Part shown: piece after piece, positions 1 through 9,741 of the stretch
Layout of the letters: every line of letters begins with the position of its first letter
Numbering within the stretch: position 1 is the stretch's first letter
NCBI GenBank assembly: GCA_043803815.1
Contig: JAZDJR010000005.1
Coordinates: forward strand, 1-39,544
Length of the DNA stretch: 39,544 nt
Direction: 5' to 3'
Source: Candidatus Micrarchaeota archaeon
GTDB taxonomy: Archaea > Iainarchaeota > Iainarchaeia > Iainarchaeales > JAGVWC01
The notes under the pieces: model-generated
Told to the model about the DNA's origin: nothing
What the model saw: only the letters and a program-made list of their open reading frames with translations
Databases searched by the model: none
Program-made: the position numbers and the translations under genes

Positions 1-62
1 GTGTACCGGTGACCCCAAAGAACTATATCCCCCTTTGCCCCAAAACAATTTGGGCAAAGCAT
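1..62 (-). CDS. 5' part of a CDS running off the window; CxxC (zinc-ribbon-like) N-terminus
   Basis: Manual translation from ATG at 62: MLCPNCFGAKGDIVLWGHRY, open to the window edge. GGTGA Shine-Dalgarno at 71-67 and a TTTAAA box near 108-113. Confidence 0.6.
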   Translation of the reverse strand, partial: MLCPNCFGAKGDIVLWGHRY

Positions 63-227
63 TCAATCACCAAAATAAGAATGCTCGCCCCCTAAAAAAT
101 TAGACCTTTAAAAACCAACCGAGTTTGTCAGGAGTTCCCGATTCGGCGATTTTTGCATATTATGCATAAGAAAGGGAAGGGGTTTTTTCACGAGGAATTA
201 TTAACGGGTTCGTGTTTTTCTTATTGC

Positions 228-950
228 ATGAATGAGCAAACCACGCAAACCGCGGTTGTGGAACCGGACCGCGCGCATTCGGGAATTCCGGGGCTGGATG
301 ATTTGTTAAACGGCGGAGTGCCGCGCGGCAACCTTGTCGTGGTGTCGGGGGACCCGGGAAGCGGGAAAACTTCGTTTTGCCTGAGTTTTTTGTATTACGG
401 CGCGACGCGCTTTAACGAGCCCGGCGTGTATATTTCTTTGGAGGAAAGCGAGGAAGAAATCATCAAGGAAGCGTCTTATTTTGGCTGGGATTTGGCGCCT
501 TTAATCAAGCAGCGCAAACTGCTGATTTCGGCCGTGAACCTGTACGATTTTGACAAATTAAAAAACGCGATTGAGGATGCGGTCGAGCGAATCGGCGCCA
601 AGCGAATCATCATCGACCCCGGAGTCGTGTTCCGCATGTTTTTTGAAAAAGAGCTGGAAGCGCGAAAAACGATTCTGGCTTTGGGGCGAACCCTGAAAAA
701 AATCGGGGCCACCACCATGATTACCAACGAATTAAGCCTGGACAAATTGACTTCCTTGTACGGCCTGGAAGAATACGTGGCCGACGGCGTGATATTATTG
801 TATCACACCAAACTGGAGAACCGCTTTATTCGCAGCATCGGGGTGCTCAAAATGAGGGGAACCAAGACCAGCGAAAAGCTGCATCCCGTGGAAATCGATT
901 CGAACGGAATCCGCGTGCTGAGCAAGCAGGAATTATTCGAGGAATTGTAA
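228..950 (+). CDS. Single-domain KaiC-like/RAD55 family RecA-superfamily ATPase
   Basis: SGIPGLDDLLNGG, Walker A GDPGSGKT, SLEE, EYVADGVI.L and VLKMRGT motifs. ATG at 228 preferred over TTG at 153. Confidence 0.9.
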   Translation: MNEQTTQTAVVEPDRAHSGIPGLDDLLNGGVPRGNLVVVSGDPGSGKTSFCLSFLYYGATRFNEPGVYISLEESEEEIIKEASYFGWDLAPLIKQRKLLISAVNLYDFDKLKNAIEDAVERIGAKRIIIDPGVVFRMFFEKELEARKTILALGRTLKKIGATTMITNELSLDKLTSLYGLEEYVADGVILLYHTKLENRFIRSIGVLKMRGTKTSEKLHPVEIDSNGIRVLSKQELFEEL

Positions 951-981
951 GGTTTATTTACTTTGTATCCGAGGTTTGATT

Positions 982-1611
982 ATGGTTTATGGCAAAATGG
1001 ATGATGTTGAAAAACTCGTGAACCCGCAGGCCGTATTGGAAGCCGCGTTGGAAGCCGAGCTTGGCCGCGTCGGGAATCAAAGCGTTTCCTTGGTCGTAAT
1101 GGAAGGCGCGCATTATTTGGGGGCGAGTGCCGCGATTTTAAAATCGTTTGAAAACGCCAAGCGGCAGGGAATCATCGTTTCGGTGAACAAGCCCGTCAGC
1201 GACCTGCGGGAGTTTTTGTCCAAGCGCGAAATTTCGTTTGACGGGTTTTTTTTTGTGGATTGCATCACCGAAACTTCCGATAGGCATGGCGATTCGGCCA
1301 AAAACGTCAAGTACCTAGAAAGCCCCAAAAATCTTTTGGAAATCAGCGTGGAAATGGAAAAACTGCTGCGGTCCGGCCAAAACGCCCCGCCGTTTGTCCT
1401 GGTCGATTCTTTGTCGACTTTTTTATTGTACAACAAGCCGGAAGTTTTGGAGCGGTTTGTCCACAACCTATCCAGCAAAATGCACGAGCACAAAAACCAG
1501 GGAGTGTTTTTGATGATTCGAACCAGGGAAAACGAGGATTTCATCGAAATCGTCAGCCAGTTCTGCGACAACGTCATTGAAGTATCCGAAAAAAACATCA
1601 AAACGCGGTAG
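982..1611 (+). CDS. Inactive RecA/KaiC-fold protein (KaiC-associated)
   Basis: FFFVDCIT, FVLVDSLSTFLLYN and FCDNVIEV pattern with no Walker A. GAGGT SD at 971-975. Directly follows the KaiC gene. Confidence 0.7.
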   Translation: MVYGKMDDVEKLVNPQAVLEAALEAELGRVGNQSVSLVVMEGAHYLGASAAILKSFENAKRQGIIVSVNKPVSDLREFLSKREISFDGFFFVDCITETSDRHGDSAKNVKYLESPKNLLEISVEMEKLLRSGQNAPPFVLVDSLSTFLLYNKPEVLERFVHNLSSKMHEHKNQGVFLMIRTRENEDFIEIVSQFCDNVIEVSEKNIKTR

Positions 1612-1769
1612 AAAAACGGGTTTCGGCAATTGCCGCCCAAACAAAGGAGTTTTATTTTTTAATCGGCATTTACCGTTCCCAATCACAAGGTAATCGTTCC
1701 GGGAACCTTATTATCCATTCTCAAACAAGCCGATATTTCGCGGACGAATTCCAAAAATTGCTGCAATAA
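1612..1769 (+). pseudogene. hicA: Decayed HicA-family toxin gene
   Basis: Manual translation: KNGFRQLPPKQRSFIF*SAFTVPNHKVIVPGTLLSILKQADISR, then a one-base shift at about 1743 to DEFQKLLQ*. Matches the HicA C-terminal pattern TVPxHxxLxxGTLxSILKQAGISxxEF. Has an internal stop, a frameshift and no start. Confidence 0.75.
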
Positions 1770-1822
1770 AACAGGCTTGGCCAAAACCATACGATTAAAA
1801 AAACAAAATTCGTGTTCTTGGC

Positions 1823-4270
1823 ATGAGTTCCAAAATGGGCATAAGCGGCCGCGAAACCGCATTGGTGCTGCGGTTGGACCGCGTTGCCAAAGACGATGTC
1901 GCATTGGTGGGCGGCAAAAACGCGGCTTTGGGCGAATTGCTGCAAAACCTGGTTTCAAAAGGGATTCGGGTTCCGAACGGTTTTTGCGTGACTGCCAGCG
2001 GTTACCGGCTTTTTTTAAAGGAAAACGGACTGGCGGAAAAAATCAGCCGGGAATTGCGGGGGCTGGACAAAAAAAACGTGGAACATCTGGCCAAGGCGGG
2101 AAAGACAATCCGCCATTTGATGCTGGAAACGCCTTTGCCGGAAAAGCTTGAAAACGCGGTTATTTCCGCGTACCGCGATTTTGAAATTGCGTATGGAAAA
2201 AATTTTGACGCGGCTGTTCGTTCAAGCGCCACAGCCGAAGACCTGCCCACCGCCAGTTTTGCGGGCCAGCAGGAAACCTATTTGAACATTACCGGAACCG
2301 CGGCGTTATTGATAGCGGTGAAAAAATGCTTTGCGTCTTTGTTTACCGACCGCGCGATTTCGTACCGCGAAGACAAGGGATTTGACCATTTCAAAGTCGC
2401 ATTGTCGGTCGGAATCCAAAAAATGGTGCGCAGCGACATCGGCTCCGCAGGCGTCATGTTTTCACTCGATACGGAAACGGGATTTAAGGATGTCATTTTG
2501 ATTAACGCGGCGTGGGGCCTTGGCGAAAGCGTGGTGCAGGGAAGCGTGAATCCCGACCAATTTATTTTGTTCAAGCCGTCTCTTCGCATGGGCAAAAAAA
2601 GCGTGCTGTCCAAAAAACTCGGGGACAAACTGCACCAGGTGGTATACTCTCATAAAAATCCAACCAAAACGATTGATGTTCCGGACAAAAAACGAAAACA
2701 GTTCTGCATTTCCGATGACGACGCGATTACTTTGGCCAAGTGGGGATTGCTTGTGGAAGACCATTTTTCAAAAAAAGCGGGGAAATGGGTTCCGATGGAC
2801 ATGGAGTGGGCCAAAGACGGAAACACGGGGGAACTGTTTATGGTGCAGGCGCGCCCCGAAACCGTCCAAAGCCAAAAAAATCTCAACGAAATGCAGACGT
2901 ATTTTTTGAAAACGAAAAAAGAAAGTGCGGTTCTGGTTTCCGGAGAAAGCGTCGGGGAAAAAATAGGCAGCGGAAAAGCGCACGTGATTTTAAGCGTGCA
3001 TGAAATCGGGGAATTTAAGGCCGGCGAGATTTTGGTGACCGACTCGACCGACCCGGATTGGGAACCGATTATGAAAATCGCGAGCGGAATAGTCACGAAT
3101 AGCGGGGGCCGGACCTCTCATGCCGCAATTGTTTCGCGCGAACTGGGAATTCCCTGCATTGTCGGAACTCGGGTCGGAACCGACAAAATCAAAACCGGCC
3201 AAAAAATAACCGTGGATTGTTCGCAAGGCGAAACCGGAAAAGTGCTGGAAGGATTAATCGCATTCGGCGTCAAAAAAACACGGCTGGATTCGGTTCCAAA
3301 AACGCGGACCCAAATCATGGTTAATCTGGGAAACCCCGAACAGGCGTTTGAAACCGGCCGTTTGCCGACCGACGGCGTGGGCCTTTGCCGCGAAGAATTT
3401 ATCATTGCCGGCCAAATAGGGATTCATCCCTTGGCCTTGATTCATTTTGACAAAGTAAAGGAACCCGCGGTCAGAAAAAAAATCGAGGATGCTTGCGCGG
3501 GTTATCCCGACAAAAAGCTTTTTTTCGTCGAAAAGCTGGCCAGCGGAATCGCCTTGATTGCGGCGGCGTTTTATCCCAAGCCCGTCATTTTGCGGTTTTC
3601 GGATTTCAAGTCCAACGAGTATGCGCAATTGCTTGGCGGAACCGTTTTTGAACCCAAGGAAGAAAACCCGATGATTGGCTGGCGCGGGGCTTCCCGCTAT
3701 TATTCGCCGGAATTCAAGGAAGCGTTCGGCTTGGAATGCGAGGCGGTTAAGCGCGTGCGCGATGAAATGGGGCTGACCAATCTCAAAGTAATGGTGCCTT
3801 TTTGCAGGACGGTTGCGGAAGGAAAACGGGTAATCGAGGAAATGAAAAAAAACGGCTTGCGGCAGGGGGAACGCGGCCTGGAAGTTTTTGTCATGTGCGA
3901 AATCCCGTCCAACGTGATTTTGGCGCATGATTTTGCCAGAGTGTTCGACGGGTTTTCAATCGGCTCGAACGATTTGACGCAATTGACTTTGGGCCTTGAC
4001 CGCGATTCGGCTTTGGTTGCAGAACTGTATGATGAGCGCAATCCCGCGGTGCTTTCCCTGATAAAAGACGCGGTTTTGCGCGTCAAGCGCCAGCGCAAAA
4101 AAATCGGCATCTGCGGGCAGGCGCCAAGCGATTATCCCGAGTTCGTCGAGTTTTTGGTTTCGATCGGAATCGACTCGATTTCGCTGAATCCCGACGCGTT
4201 AATCAAGACCAAGCTTTTGGTTGCCAAAATCGAGCACAAACTGGCCGGTCTGGCTAAAAAGGCGGAGTAA
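1823..4270 (+). CDS. ppsA: Phosphoenolpyruvate synthase (pyruvate, water dikinase)
   Basis: VGGKNAALGE, VRSSATAEDLPTASFAGQQET, phospho-His motif GGRTSHAAIVSRELG, FSIGSNDLTQL and GICGQAPSD. Confidence 0.97.
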   Translation: MSSKMGISGRETALVLRLDRVAKDDVALVGGKNAALGELLQNLVSKGIRVPNGFCVTASGYRLFLKENGLAEKISRELRGLDKKNVEHLAKAGKTIRHLMLETPLPEKLENAVISAYRDFEIAYGKNFDAAVRSSATAEDLPTASFAGQQETYLNITGTAALLIAVKKCFASLFTDRAISYREDKGFDHFKVALSVGIQKMVRSDIGSAGVMFSLDTETGFKDVILINAAWGLGESVVQGSVNPDQFILFKPSLRMGKKSVLSKKLGDKLHQVVYSHKNPTKTIDVPDKKRKQFCISDDDAITLAKWGLLVEDHFSKKAGKWVPMDMEWAKDGNTGELFMVQARPETVQSQKNLNEMQTYFLKTKKESAVLVSGESVGEKIGSGKAHVILSVHEIGEFKAGEILVTDSTDPDWEPIMKIASGIVTNSGGRTSHAAIVSRELGIPCIVGTRVGTDKIKTGQKITVDCSQGETGKVLEGLIAFGVKKTRLDSVPKTRTQIMVNLGNPEQAFETGRLPTDGVGLCREEFIIAGQIGIHPLALIHFDKVKEPAVRKKIEDACAGYPDKKLFFVEKLASGIALIAAAFYPKPVILRFSDFKSNEYAQLLGGTVFEPKEENPMIGWRGASRYYSPEFKEAFGLECEAVKRVRDEMGLTNLKVMVPFCRTVAEGKRVIEEMKKNGLRQGERGLEVFVMCEIPSNVILAHDFARVFDGFSIGSNDLTQLTLGLDRDSALVAELYDERNPAVLSLIKDAVLRVKRQRKKIGICGQAPSDYPEFVEFLVSIGIDSISLNPDALIKTKLLVAKIEHKLAGLAKKAE

Positions 4271-5593
4271 TCAGAAAGCAACCGCAATCGGCTGTCCGGC
4301 AATTTTAGAAAGCGTTTTTTCAAGTTCGGCTTTGCCTTGTTCCGCCAGTTCCCTGTTTTTTTGCAGGCGGCTTTGGATTTGCTGCAGATTGGTTTGTTCA
4401 AAAGCGAATTCGGATGAAACGGATTCGAGCTGCTTTTTGGTTTCCGAAATCTTTTTGGAAAGCGGGTGACCGGCCAGCTGTTTTTCCAGTTTTTGTTTTT
4501 CAATCAGGAACCGGTTTTGTTTCCAGAAAAACTCGGAAAAAAAATCGAATTGCAAAAGTTCCCGAATCGAATTCAGCCATTTTTGCTTTTCGTCATTGTC
4601 TTTGGCGGTTACTTTTTGCTGTTCCAAAGCGCTTTGCACTTCAACCAGAATTTCCTTGAATAAAATCGCCTTTGGGTCGGACTGGATGGCAGGCCACGGA
4701 GCGGTTGAAAAGCGCTCCAAAAACGCCTTGTTTTGGGGATTTAAGACCCACTGGTTGTTTTGCACGGCACCGGAAAAACGGCGAAGCGGCTTGTCGGCTT
4801 TGCCGACCAGATTGGTGAATTGGTCCTGCAATCGGTTTTGGTTTTCGCGGATTTTTTCAAGTTCGGACTGCCATTCCTCGGCTTCCCGCGATTCGTCGGA
4901 ATCGGAGAGGAGTGCCAGCTCGGACCGGGTTTGCCTGATTTTGTTTTGAAGCTGTTCGCGAGTTTGGCTGGCGGCGTTTGCTTTTTGTTCGTCGCTTTGA
5001 ATTTGCTTTAGCAGTTTGCCCAGTTCGTCGGCTTTTTTTTGGCAGTTTTCCGCAAGCACAAAAACCGGTTCTTGGGTCTGGCCGTACAGTTCGCGGGTTA
5101 ATTGTTCAAGTTCGCCGAAATGTTTTCCGAGTTCCTGCATTTCGTCTTTTAATAAAATTCCGGTGTAAGCGAGGTTTTTGCGGGTGGACCGGATTTCGGT
5201 TTGCAATAGCGGATAGGCGCGCTTTGAATAATCCAAAATAGCCGAGCGAATCAGGACTTTGGGCGGCTCGAGTTTGGAAACCAGCTGCCTGAATTTGGGG
5301 ACAACGGTTTGCCGGCTTGAGGACACCACTTTGCGCAGGCGGGCGTTTCCTTTTTCGTTCTCTACGCTTTGCTTGGACAAATCCGCGGTTTGGCTTGCGA
5401 TTTCGCCGAGCACAAACCGGATTTTGGAAAAACTATTCTGGGCTTTTGACTCAAATCGGCTCCAGACCGGCTCTTCCTGCTTGTTCAGCCATTCCGACAG
5501 GCGGTTCAGTTCGACGGCACCTGCCGTTTTGGAAGAATTTTCGGAAGAAAACATCCGCCTGAAAAAGGCCAATACTTGGCCGATAACGCCCAT
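4271..5593 (-). CDS. Hypothetical coiled-coil-rich protein
   Basis: Long ORF of about 440 aa, rich in E/K/Q/L heptads. Its stop abuts the ppsA stop. Start uncertain (5593, 5617 or 5644). Confidence 0.75.
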   Translation of the reverse strand: MGVIGQVLAFFRRMFSSENSSKTAGAVELNRLSEWLNKQEEPVWSRFESKAQNSFSKIRFVLGEIASQTADLSKQSVENEKGNARLRKVVSSSRQTVVPKFRQLVSKLEPPKVLIRSAILDYSKRAYPLLQTEIRSTRKNLAYTGILLKDEMQELGKHFGELEQLTRELYGQTQEPVFVLAENCQKKADELGKLLKQIQSDEQKANAASQTREQLQNKIRQTRSELALLSDSDESREAEEWQSELEKIRENQNRLQDQFTNLVGKADKPLRRFSGAVQNNQWVLNPQNKAFLERFSTAPWPAIQSDPKAILFKEILVEVQSALEQQKVTAKDNDEKQKWLNSIRELLQFDFFSEFFWKQNRFLIEKQKLEKQLAGHPLSKKISETKKQLESVSSEFAFEQTNLQQIQSRLQKNRELAEQGKAELEKTLSKIAGQPIAVAF

Positions 5594-5729
5594 GAAAAAA
5601 GACAGGAACCAAACCATAAAAAAAACCGTGGTATCAAAAACCAAAAAACGGCTTAAAGCCCGTTAAAACCCGAATTCAACGGCAAGGACGTGTCAGGGGC
5701 TTAAAAAAACGATTTGACCAAATTCAAGC

Positions 5730-7136
5730 ATGGAAAAAAATTGGGCCGGCTTTCAAAAGAAAATGTCTGAAATGGCAACCGCTTTTTTGGGCAAAGAGAA
5801 CTGGGCGTTAATATACAATTACGATTCGGACGGAATTTCGAGCGGCGCGATTATCGCGTTAACCATACAACGGCGCGGCACAAAATTCCAAACCCTGGCG
5901 CTAAAGCAACTGTATCCCGAACACGCGGAACAAATAAAATCCATGGGAAAAAACTTTTTTTTTGCGGATTTCGGAAGCGGGCAGCTCGATTTTTTGAAAA
6001 AAGAATTCGGCGAAAACTTTTTTGTGCTCGACCATCACCAGCCGCTTCCGATAGAGCATGCCTGGCACTGCAATCCGTTTTTGTTCGGGTTTGACGGAGG
6101 AAGCGAAATTTCGGCCAGCGGAATGGCCTACTTTTTTTCAACCGCGGTTGATTTAAAAAACAGGGATTTGGCGTCGTTGGCCATTGTCGGCGCGGTCGGG
6201 GACATGCAGGACGAGACCGGAAGATTAATCGGATTAAATTCAAAAATCGTTTCGGATGGGGAAGCCGCGGGAGTATTGAAAAAAAAAGAGGGCCTGCGCT
6301 TGTACGGCCGAATCTCGCGGCCGCTCGTGCAGTTTCTGATGTTTTGCACCGCGCCCTACCTGCCGGAACTCACGGGAAACGAATTAAACTGCATCCGTTT
6401 TTTGGAATCTTTGGGAATTGAATTAAAGCAAAACGAGCGCTGGATTTCGTTTGAAATGCTTTCGCTGTCGGGCCAAAAAAAACTGGTTTCCGCACTTGTG
6501 ATGCACCTTTCGCGGCACAATGTTTCCGAATACAAAATTCAGGAATTGTTCGGAGAATTGTATTCGCGCATACAAGAAGAGCCGTTTTCCCCGCTTTCGG
6601 ACGCCAAAGAAATGGGAACCTTGCTCAATGCCTGCGGCCGCTGGGGAAAAGCCGACGTGGGACTCGCGGTTTGCATGGGCGACCGTGAAGAAGCGTTAAG
6701 CACGGCCATGTCGCTTTTGGTCGAACACAGGCGAAAGTTGCGCGCGGGAATCCAATGGGTAACGGAACACGGAACGCAGTCCCGCGAAACATTTTATTTT
6801 TTTGACGCGGAAAAAAATATCGATGATTCGATTGTCGGAATTGTCGCGGGAATGCTGTACGGCGGAGGAACAATCGGTTTTGACAAGCCGATTATTGCGC
6901 TTAGCCGTTACCCGAGCGGCGAAATTAAGGTTTCCGGAAGAGCCACCCGCGATTTGGTGCAGCGGGGATTAAACCTTGGAAAAGCGTTTCACGAATTGTG
7001 CGCGGAAATGGGGGAAGGAAACGAAGGCGGCGGCCACAAAATCGCGGCAGGGGCCAAAGTGCCGGAAAAAAATCGGGAATTGTTTTTGGAGCTGCTTGAT
7101 GAAAAAATCAAGGAACAATTAGCGAAAGTTTACTGA
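5730..7136 (+). CDS. Archaeal RecJ-like DHH/DHHA1 phosphoesterase (GAN/Cdc45-like)
   Basis: YDSDG, ADFGSG, LDHH, GAVGDMQ, LLNACGR and GGGHKIAAGA motifs. Confidence 0.9.
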   Translation: MEKNWAGFQKKMSEMATAFLGKENWALIYNYDSDGISSGAIIALTIQRRGTKFQTLALKQLYPEHAEQIKSMGKNFFFADFGSGQLDFLKKEFGENFFVLDHHQPLPIEHAWHCNPFLFGFDGGSEISASGMAYFFSTAVDLKNRDLASLAIVGAVGDMQDETGRLIGLNSKIVSDGEAAGVLKKKEGLRLYGRISRPLVQFLMFCTAPYLPELTGNELNCIRFLESLGIELKQNERWISFEMLSLSGQKKLVSALVMHLSRHNVSEYKIQELFGELYSRIQEEPFSPLSDAKEMGTLLNACGRWGKADVGLAVCMGDREEALSTAMSLLVEHRRKLRAGIQWVTEHGTQSRETFYFFDAEKNIDDSIVGIVAGMLYGGGTIGFDKPIIALSRYPSGEIKVSGRATRDLVQRGLNLGKAFHELCAEMGEGNEGGGHKIAAGAKVPEKNRELFLELLDEKIKEQLAKVY

Positions 7137-7181
7137 CAAAAATAAAAAAAATTAAATAACAAAAATAAAAAAACCAAAATT
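7137..7181 (-). terminator. Probable oligo-T terminator region on the minus strand
   Basis: A-rich plus strand with two copies of ACAAAAATAAAAAAA between convergent genes. Confidence 0.4.
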
Positions 7182-7221
7182 CGCGATTAAAACCGAATCA
7201 TTTTTTAGCTTGATTTTTTAT

Positions 7222-7455
7222 TCAGGCGGGAAGGGAAGCGAATCGAAGCTGGCGTTTTCCCTTCAAAAAAAGCAGGATGCCAAGCCCAAAGCAAATCCAG
7301 GCAAACGCGTACAAAAACAAGGCGCCGGTCGTGTTTCCTCCGACATGAACCAAAAACCCCTGCACCAGCAAAAAACAGGTTAACGCAATGCAAAGCGCGG
7401 CAAACGTAATCCAGGCATAGGCCACCAAAAGCGGTTTTACGGGCGATTCATTCAT
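7222..7455 (-). CDS. Small two-TM membrane protein
   Basis: 77 aa with two hydrophobic stretches and a basic C-terminal tail. Fills the gap between flanking genes. Confidence 0.7.
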   Translation of the reverse strand: MNESPVKPLLVAYAWITFAALCIALTCFLLVQGFLVHVGGNTTGALFLYAFAWICFGLGILLFLKGKRQLRFASLPA

Positions 7456-7551
7456 GCACTAGACCAATGGCAATTCAGGTATAAAATGGTTTTTATGGGC
7501 AAACGGCAAAAAAAACGCGTTTTTTAATGGTTTTGCAAAACCGTTTAAGCG

Positions 7552-8640
7552 ATGGCAACAAAACCCAAATCGCAGGAAATCGACATTGACGCTTATCTCA
7601 AAAGCATTTTGCCCGCGGTTGACAAAGAAATCGAAAAAATCGTGCCCCGCGCATTTTCCAATGCCTGGCTGTCCAAAACCTTTGGCAAACCCGACTTTGG
7701 CTACGACGCGGATTCCCTCACCAAAGCCCTCGCGGTTCCGATTTGGAACCTGCTTGACCGCGGAGGAAAGCGCTGGCGCCCGGGATTACTGATTTTGGCG
7801 TGCGAAAGCGTCGGCGGAAAAAAAGAAACCGCGCTAAAATTCACGCCGTTGGTTGAACTAACGCACTCTGGAACACTTTTAGTCGACGATATTGAGGATT
7901 CTTCCGAATTTCGACGAGGAAAACCGTGCATACACAAAATTTTCGGGGTTGACATTGCAGTCAACGCGGGCAATGCCATGTACTACTTGCCCACCGCGAT
8001 TTTGTACAACAATTATTACAAATTAAACGAACACAAGCGCATGCGGCTGCACGACTTGGTTTCCCAAGAACTCTTAAAGTGCCACGCGGGACAAGCCATG
8101 GATATTTTTTGGCATCAAGGCCACAAGTACGACGTTTCCGAAAACGAGTATTTGCAGATGTGCGCGTACAAGACCGGCACCTTGGCGCGCCTTGCGGCCA
8201 AAATCGGCGCGGTGCTTGGAAACGGAAACGAAAAACAAATCGAGGCATTGGGAAAATTCGCGGAAACCGTCGGAGTCGCGTTCCAGATACAGGACGATAT
8301 CTTAAACCTCGTAGGCGAGGAGTTTCAGAAAGGAAAAGGAGTCGGGGAAGACATTCATGAGGGAAAGCGCACTTTGATGGTTATTCACTGTCTGCAGAAA
8401 GGAAACCCCGCGGACAAAAAAAGGATTTTGGAAATCCTGAACAGCCACCCCGAGGACCAAAAAACGATTCTGGAAGCGATTGCAATCCTGAAAAAAAACG
8501 GCTCGATCGAGTACGCGCGGGAAAAAGCAACGGCACTCGTGCGCGACGCGTGGAAAAAACTCGACACGGAACTGTCCGAAACAAACGCCAAACAAACGCT
8601 TCATTCGTTCGCGGATTACCTGGTCGACCGAAAAATTTAA
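7552..8640 (+). CDS. Trans-prenyl diphosphate synthase (probably GGPP synthase)
   Basis: RGGKRWRP, first Asp-rich motif DDIEDSSEFRRG, GQAMD, YKTG, second motif FQIQDDILN and EDIHEGK. Confidence 0.93.
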   Translation: MATKPKSQEIDIDAYLKSILPAVDKEIEKIVPRAFSNAWLSKTFGKPDFGYDADSLTKALAVPIWNLLDRGGKRWRPGLLILACESVGGKKETALKFTPLVELTHSGTLLVDDIEDSSEFRRGKPCIHKIFGVDIAVNAGNAMYYLPTAILYNNYYKLNEHKRMRLHDLVSQELLKCHAGQAMDIFWHQGHKYDVSENEYLQMCAYKTGTLARLAAKIGAVLGNGNEKQIEALGKFAETVGVAFQIQDDILNLVGEEFQKGKGVGEDIHEGKRTLMVIHCLQKGNPADKKRILEILNSHPEDQKTILEAIAILKKNGSIEYAREKATALVRDAWKKLDTELSETNAKQTLHSFADYLVDRKI

Positions 8641-9671
8641 TCCTTGGGCTTTGGTTCCAGAATTTCCAATACATCCAGCTGTTTGCAGCCGCACGAATTT
8701 TCAAGCAGGGAAGAAAGGCTCGGGATGCTTCGTCCTTGTTCCCCTGAAACGAATTCTTTCACGTACAGGCCCGCGTCGGTGAGCAAAACGATTTCAAATT
8801 CGGTTTTGGAAACGGACTTGATTGATTCCACCTTAACCGTTCGTTTTCGGATGATGTCCGCGCGGCGCCTGGCCACGCGAAGCGGGGTTTGCTGTTCCAC
8901 TTCAAAAGTTTTTCCGCTTAATTTTTCCAGTTTTTCAGGGTTTATTTCGTTTGCGCACGAAATGACGGCAAGATATTTTTTTTGGCGGCGCTCTTCCTTG
9001 AGGGTTCCGACGGATTTGGAATCCGACCAGGCCAAATCGAAAATTTTTATTTTTTCAGCGGCAAAATCATTGACGGTTTGGCTGATTTTTTTCAAATCAA
9101 CCGTCCGGATTTTCGGTTCCTTGATTTCCATTACAAACGGCCGTCCGCTTCCGAGCATGCGGACATTTACGTCTTCGCGCCCCGCGCCGTGAAAAGCAAA
9201 GCCGCTTGCGTCAAACATCGGCTTGGCCGCGTTTCCGATGAGTTCTTCAACGGTTTCCAATCCGAGTTTTCCGGTTCCTTTGCAGTGCAGGCATCCTTTT
9301 CCTTTGCATTTTGGGCAGTAAAAAACGGTTTGCGCGATTTCGCGGGAAAACTTGTTGTAGCGCCCCGAAAAATAGGCGGAAGCGACCCAAAACGCAATCA
9401 GGCGGCTGTTAAAGTCAAGGGTGATTACGCAATCGGGCCTGTCGAATTCCGCGGTTATGCCAAGTGATTTTTCAAGGGTTTTGACGAGGGCAAACTGGAA
9501 TTCTTTTTTGAGCAATTGTTTTTCGTCATCGGTTACCGTATAGGGATACGAACAGCCAAGGGAAAAGGATTTGATTTCAAATTCCCCGATTCTTTCGCGG
9601 ATAAGCACAGCTAATTGTCCGATTAATTGGTCCGAAAATTGGCCGTCGAATTCGAAGTCCGAAGAATGCAT
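8637..9671 (-). CDS. pus10: tRNA pseudouridine(54/55) synthase Pus10
   Basis: GRYNKFSREIAQT, CPKCKGKGCLHC, FHGAGREDVNVRMLGSGRPFV, QQTPLRV, GLYVKEFVSG and LDVLEI. Confidence 0.92.
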   Translation of the reverse strand: MHSSDFEFDGQFSDQLIGQLAVLIRERIGEFEIKSFSLGCSYPYTVTDDEKQLLKKEFQFALVKTLEKSLGITAEFDRPDCVITLDFNSRLIAFWVASAYFSGRYNKFSREIAQTVFYCPKCKGKGCLHCKGTGKLGLETVEELIGNAAKPMFDASGFAFHGAGREDVNVRMLGSGRPFVMEIKEPKIRTVDLKKISQTVNDFAAEKIKIFDLAWSDSKSVGTLKEERRQKKYLAVISCANEINPEKLEKLSGKTFEVEQQTPLRVARRRADIIRKRTVKVESIKSVSKTEFEIVLLTDAGLYVKEFVSGEQGRSIPSLSSLLENSCGCKQLDVLEILEPKPKD

Positions 9672-9741
9672 TTTTTCCTTGCCTTTAAAAAAAGGCGGGG
9701 AAACGGTTTAATAAGGTTTATTCCAATCCTTTACGGTAATC

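Noticed and set aside
33-90. Overlapping alternative hairpins (CTTTGCCC/GGGCAAAG and GGGCAAAGCATTC/GAATGCTCGCCC) as an RNA gene
   Set aside because: The region is better explained as the SD, start and first codons of a minus-strand CDS. No tRNA or rRNA features. A role in occluding the SD cannot be excluded.
153-227. N-terminal extensions in the ORF track, here and at 16333, 25943, 27954 and 38223
   Set aside because: They use TTG starts running through promoter-like AT-rich DNA or neighbouring genes. Family homology begins at downstream ATGs.
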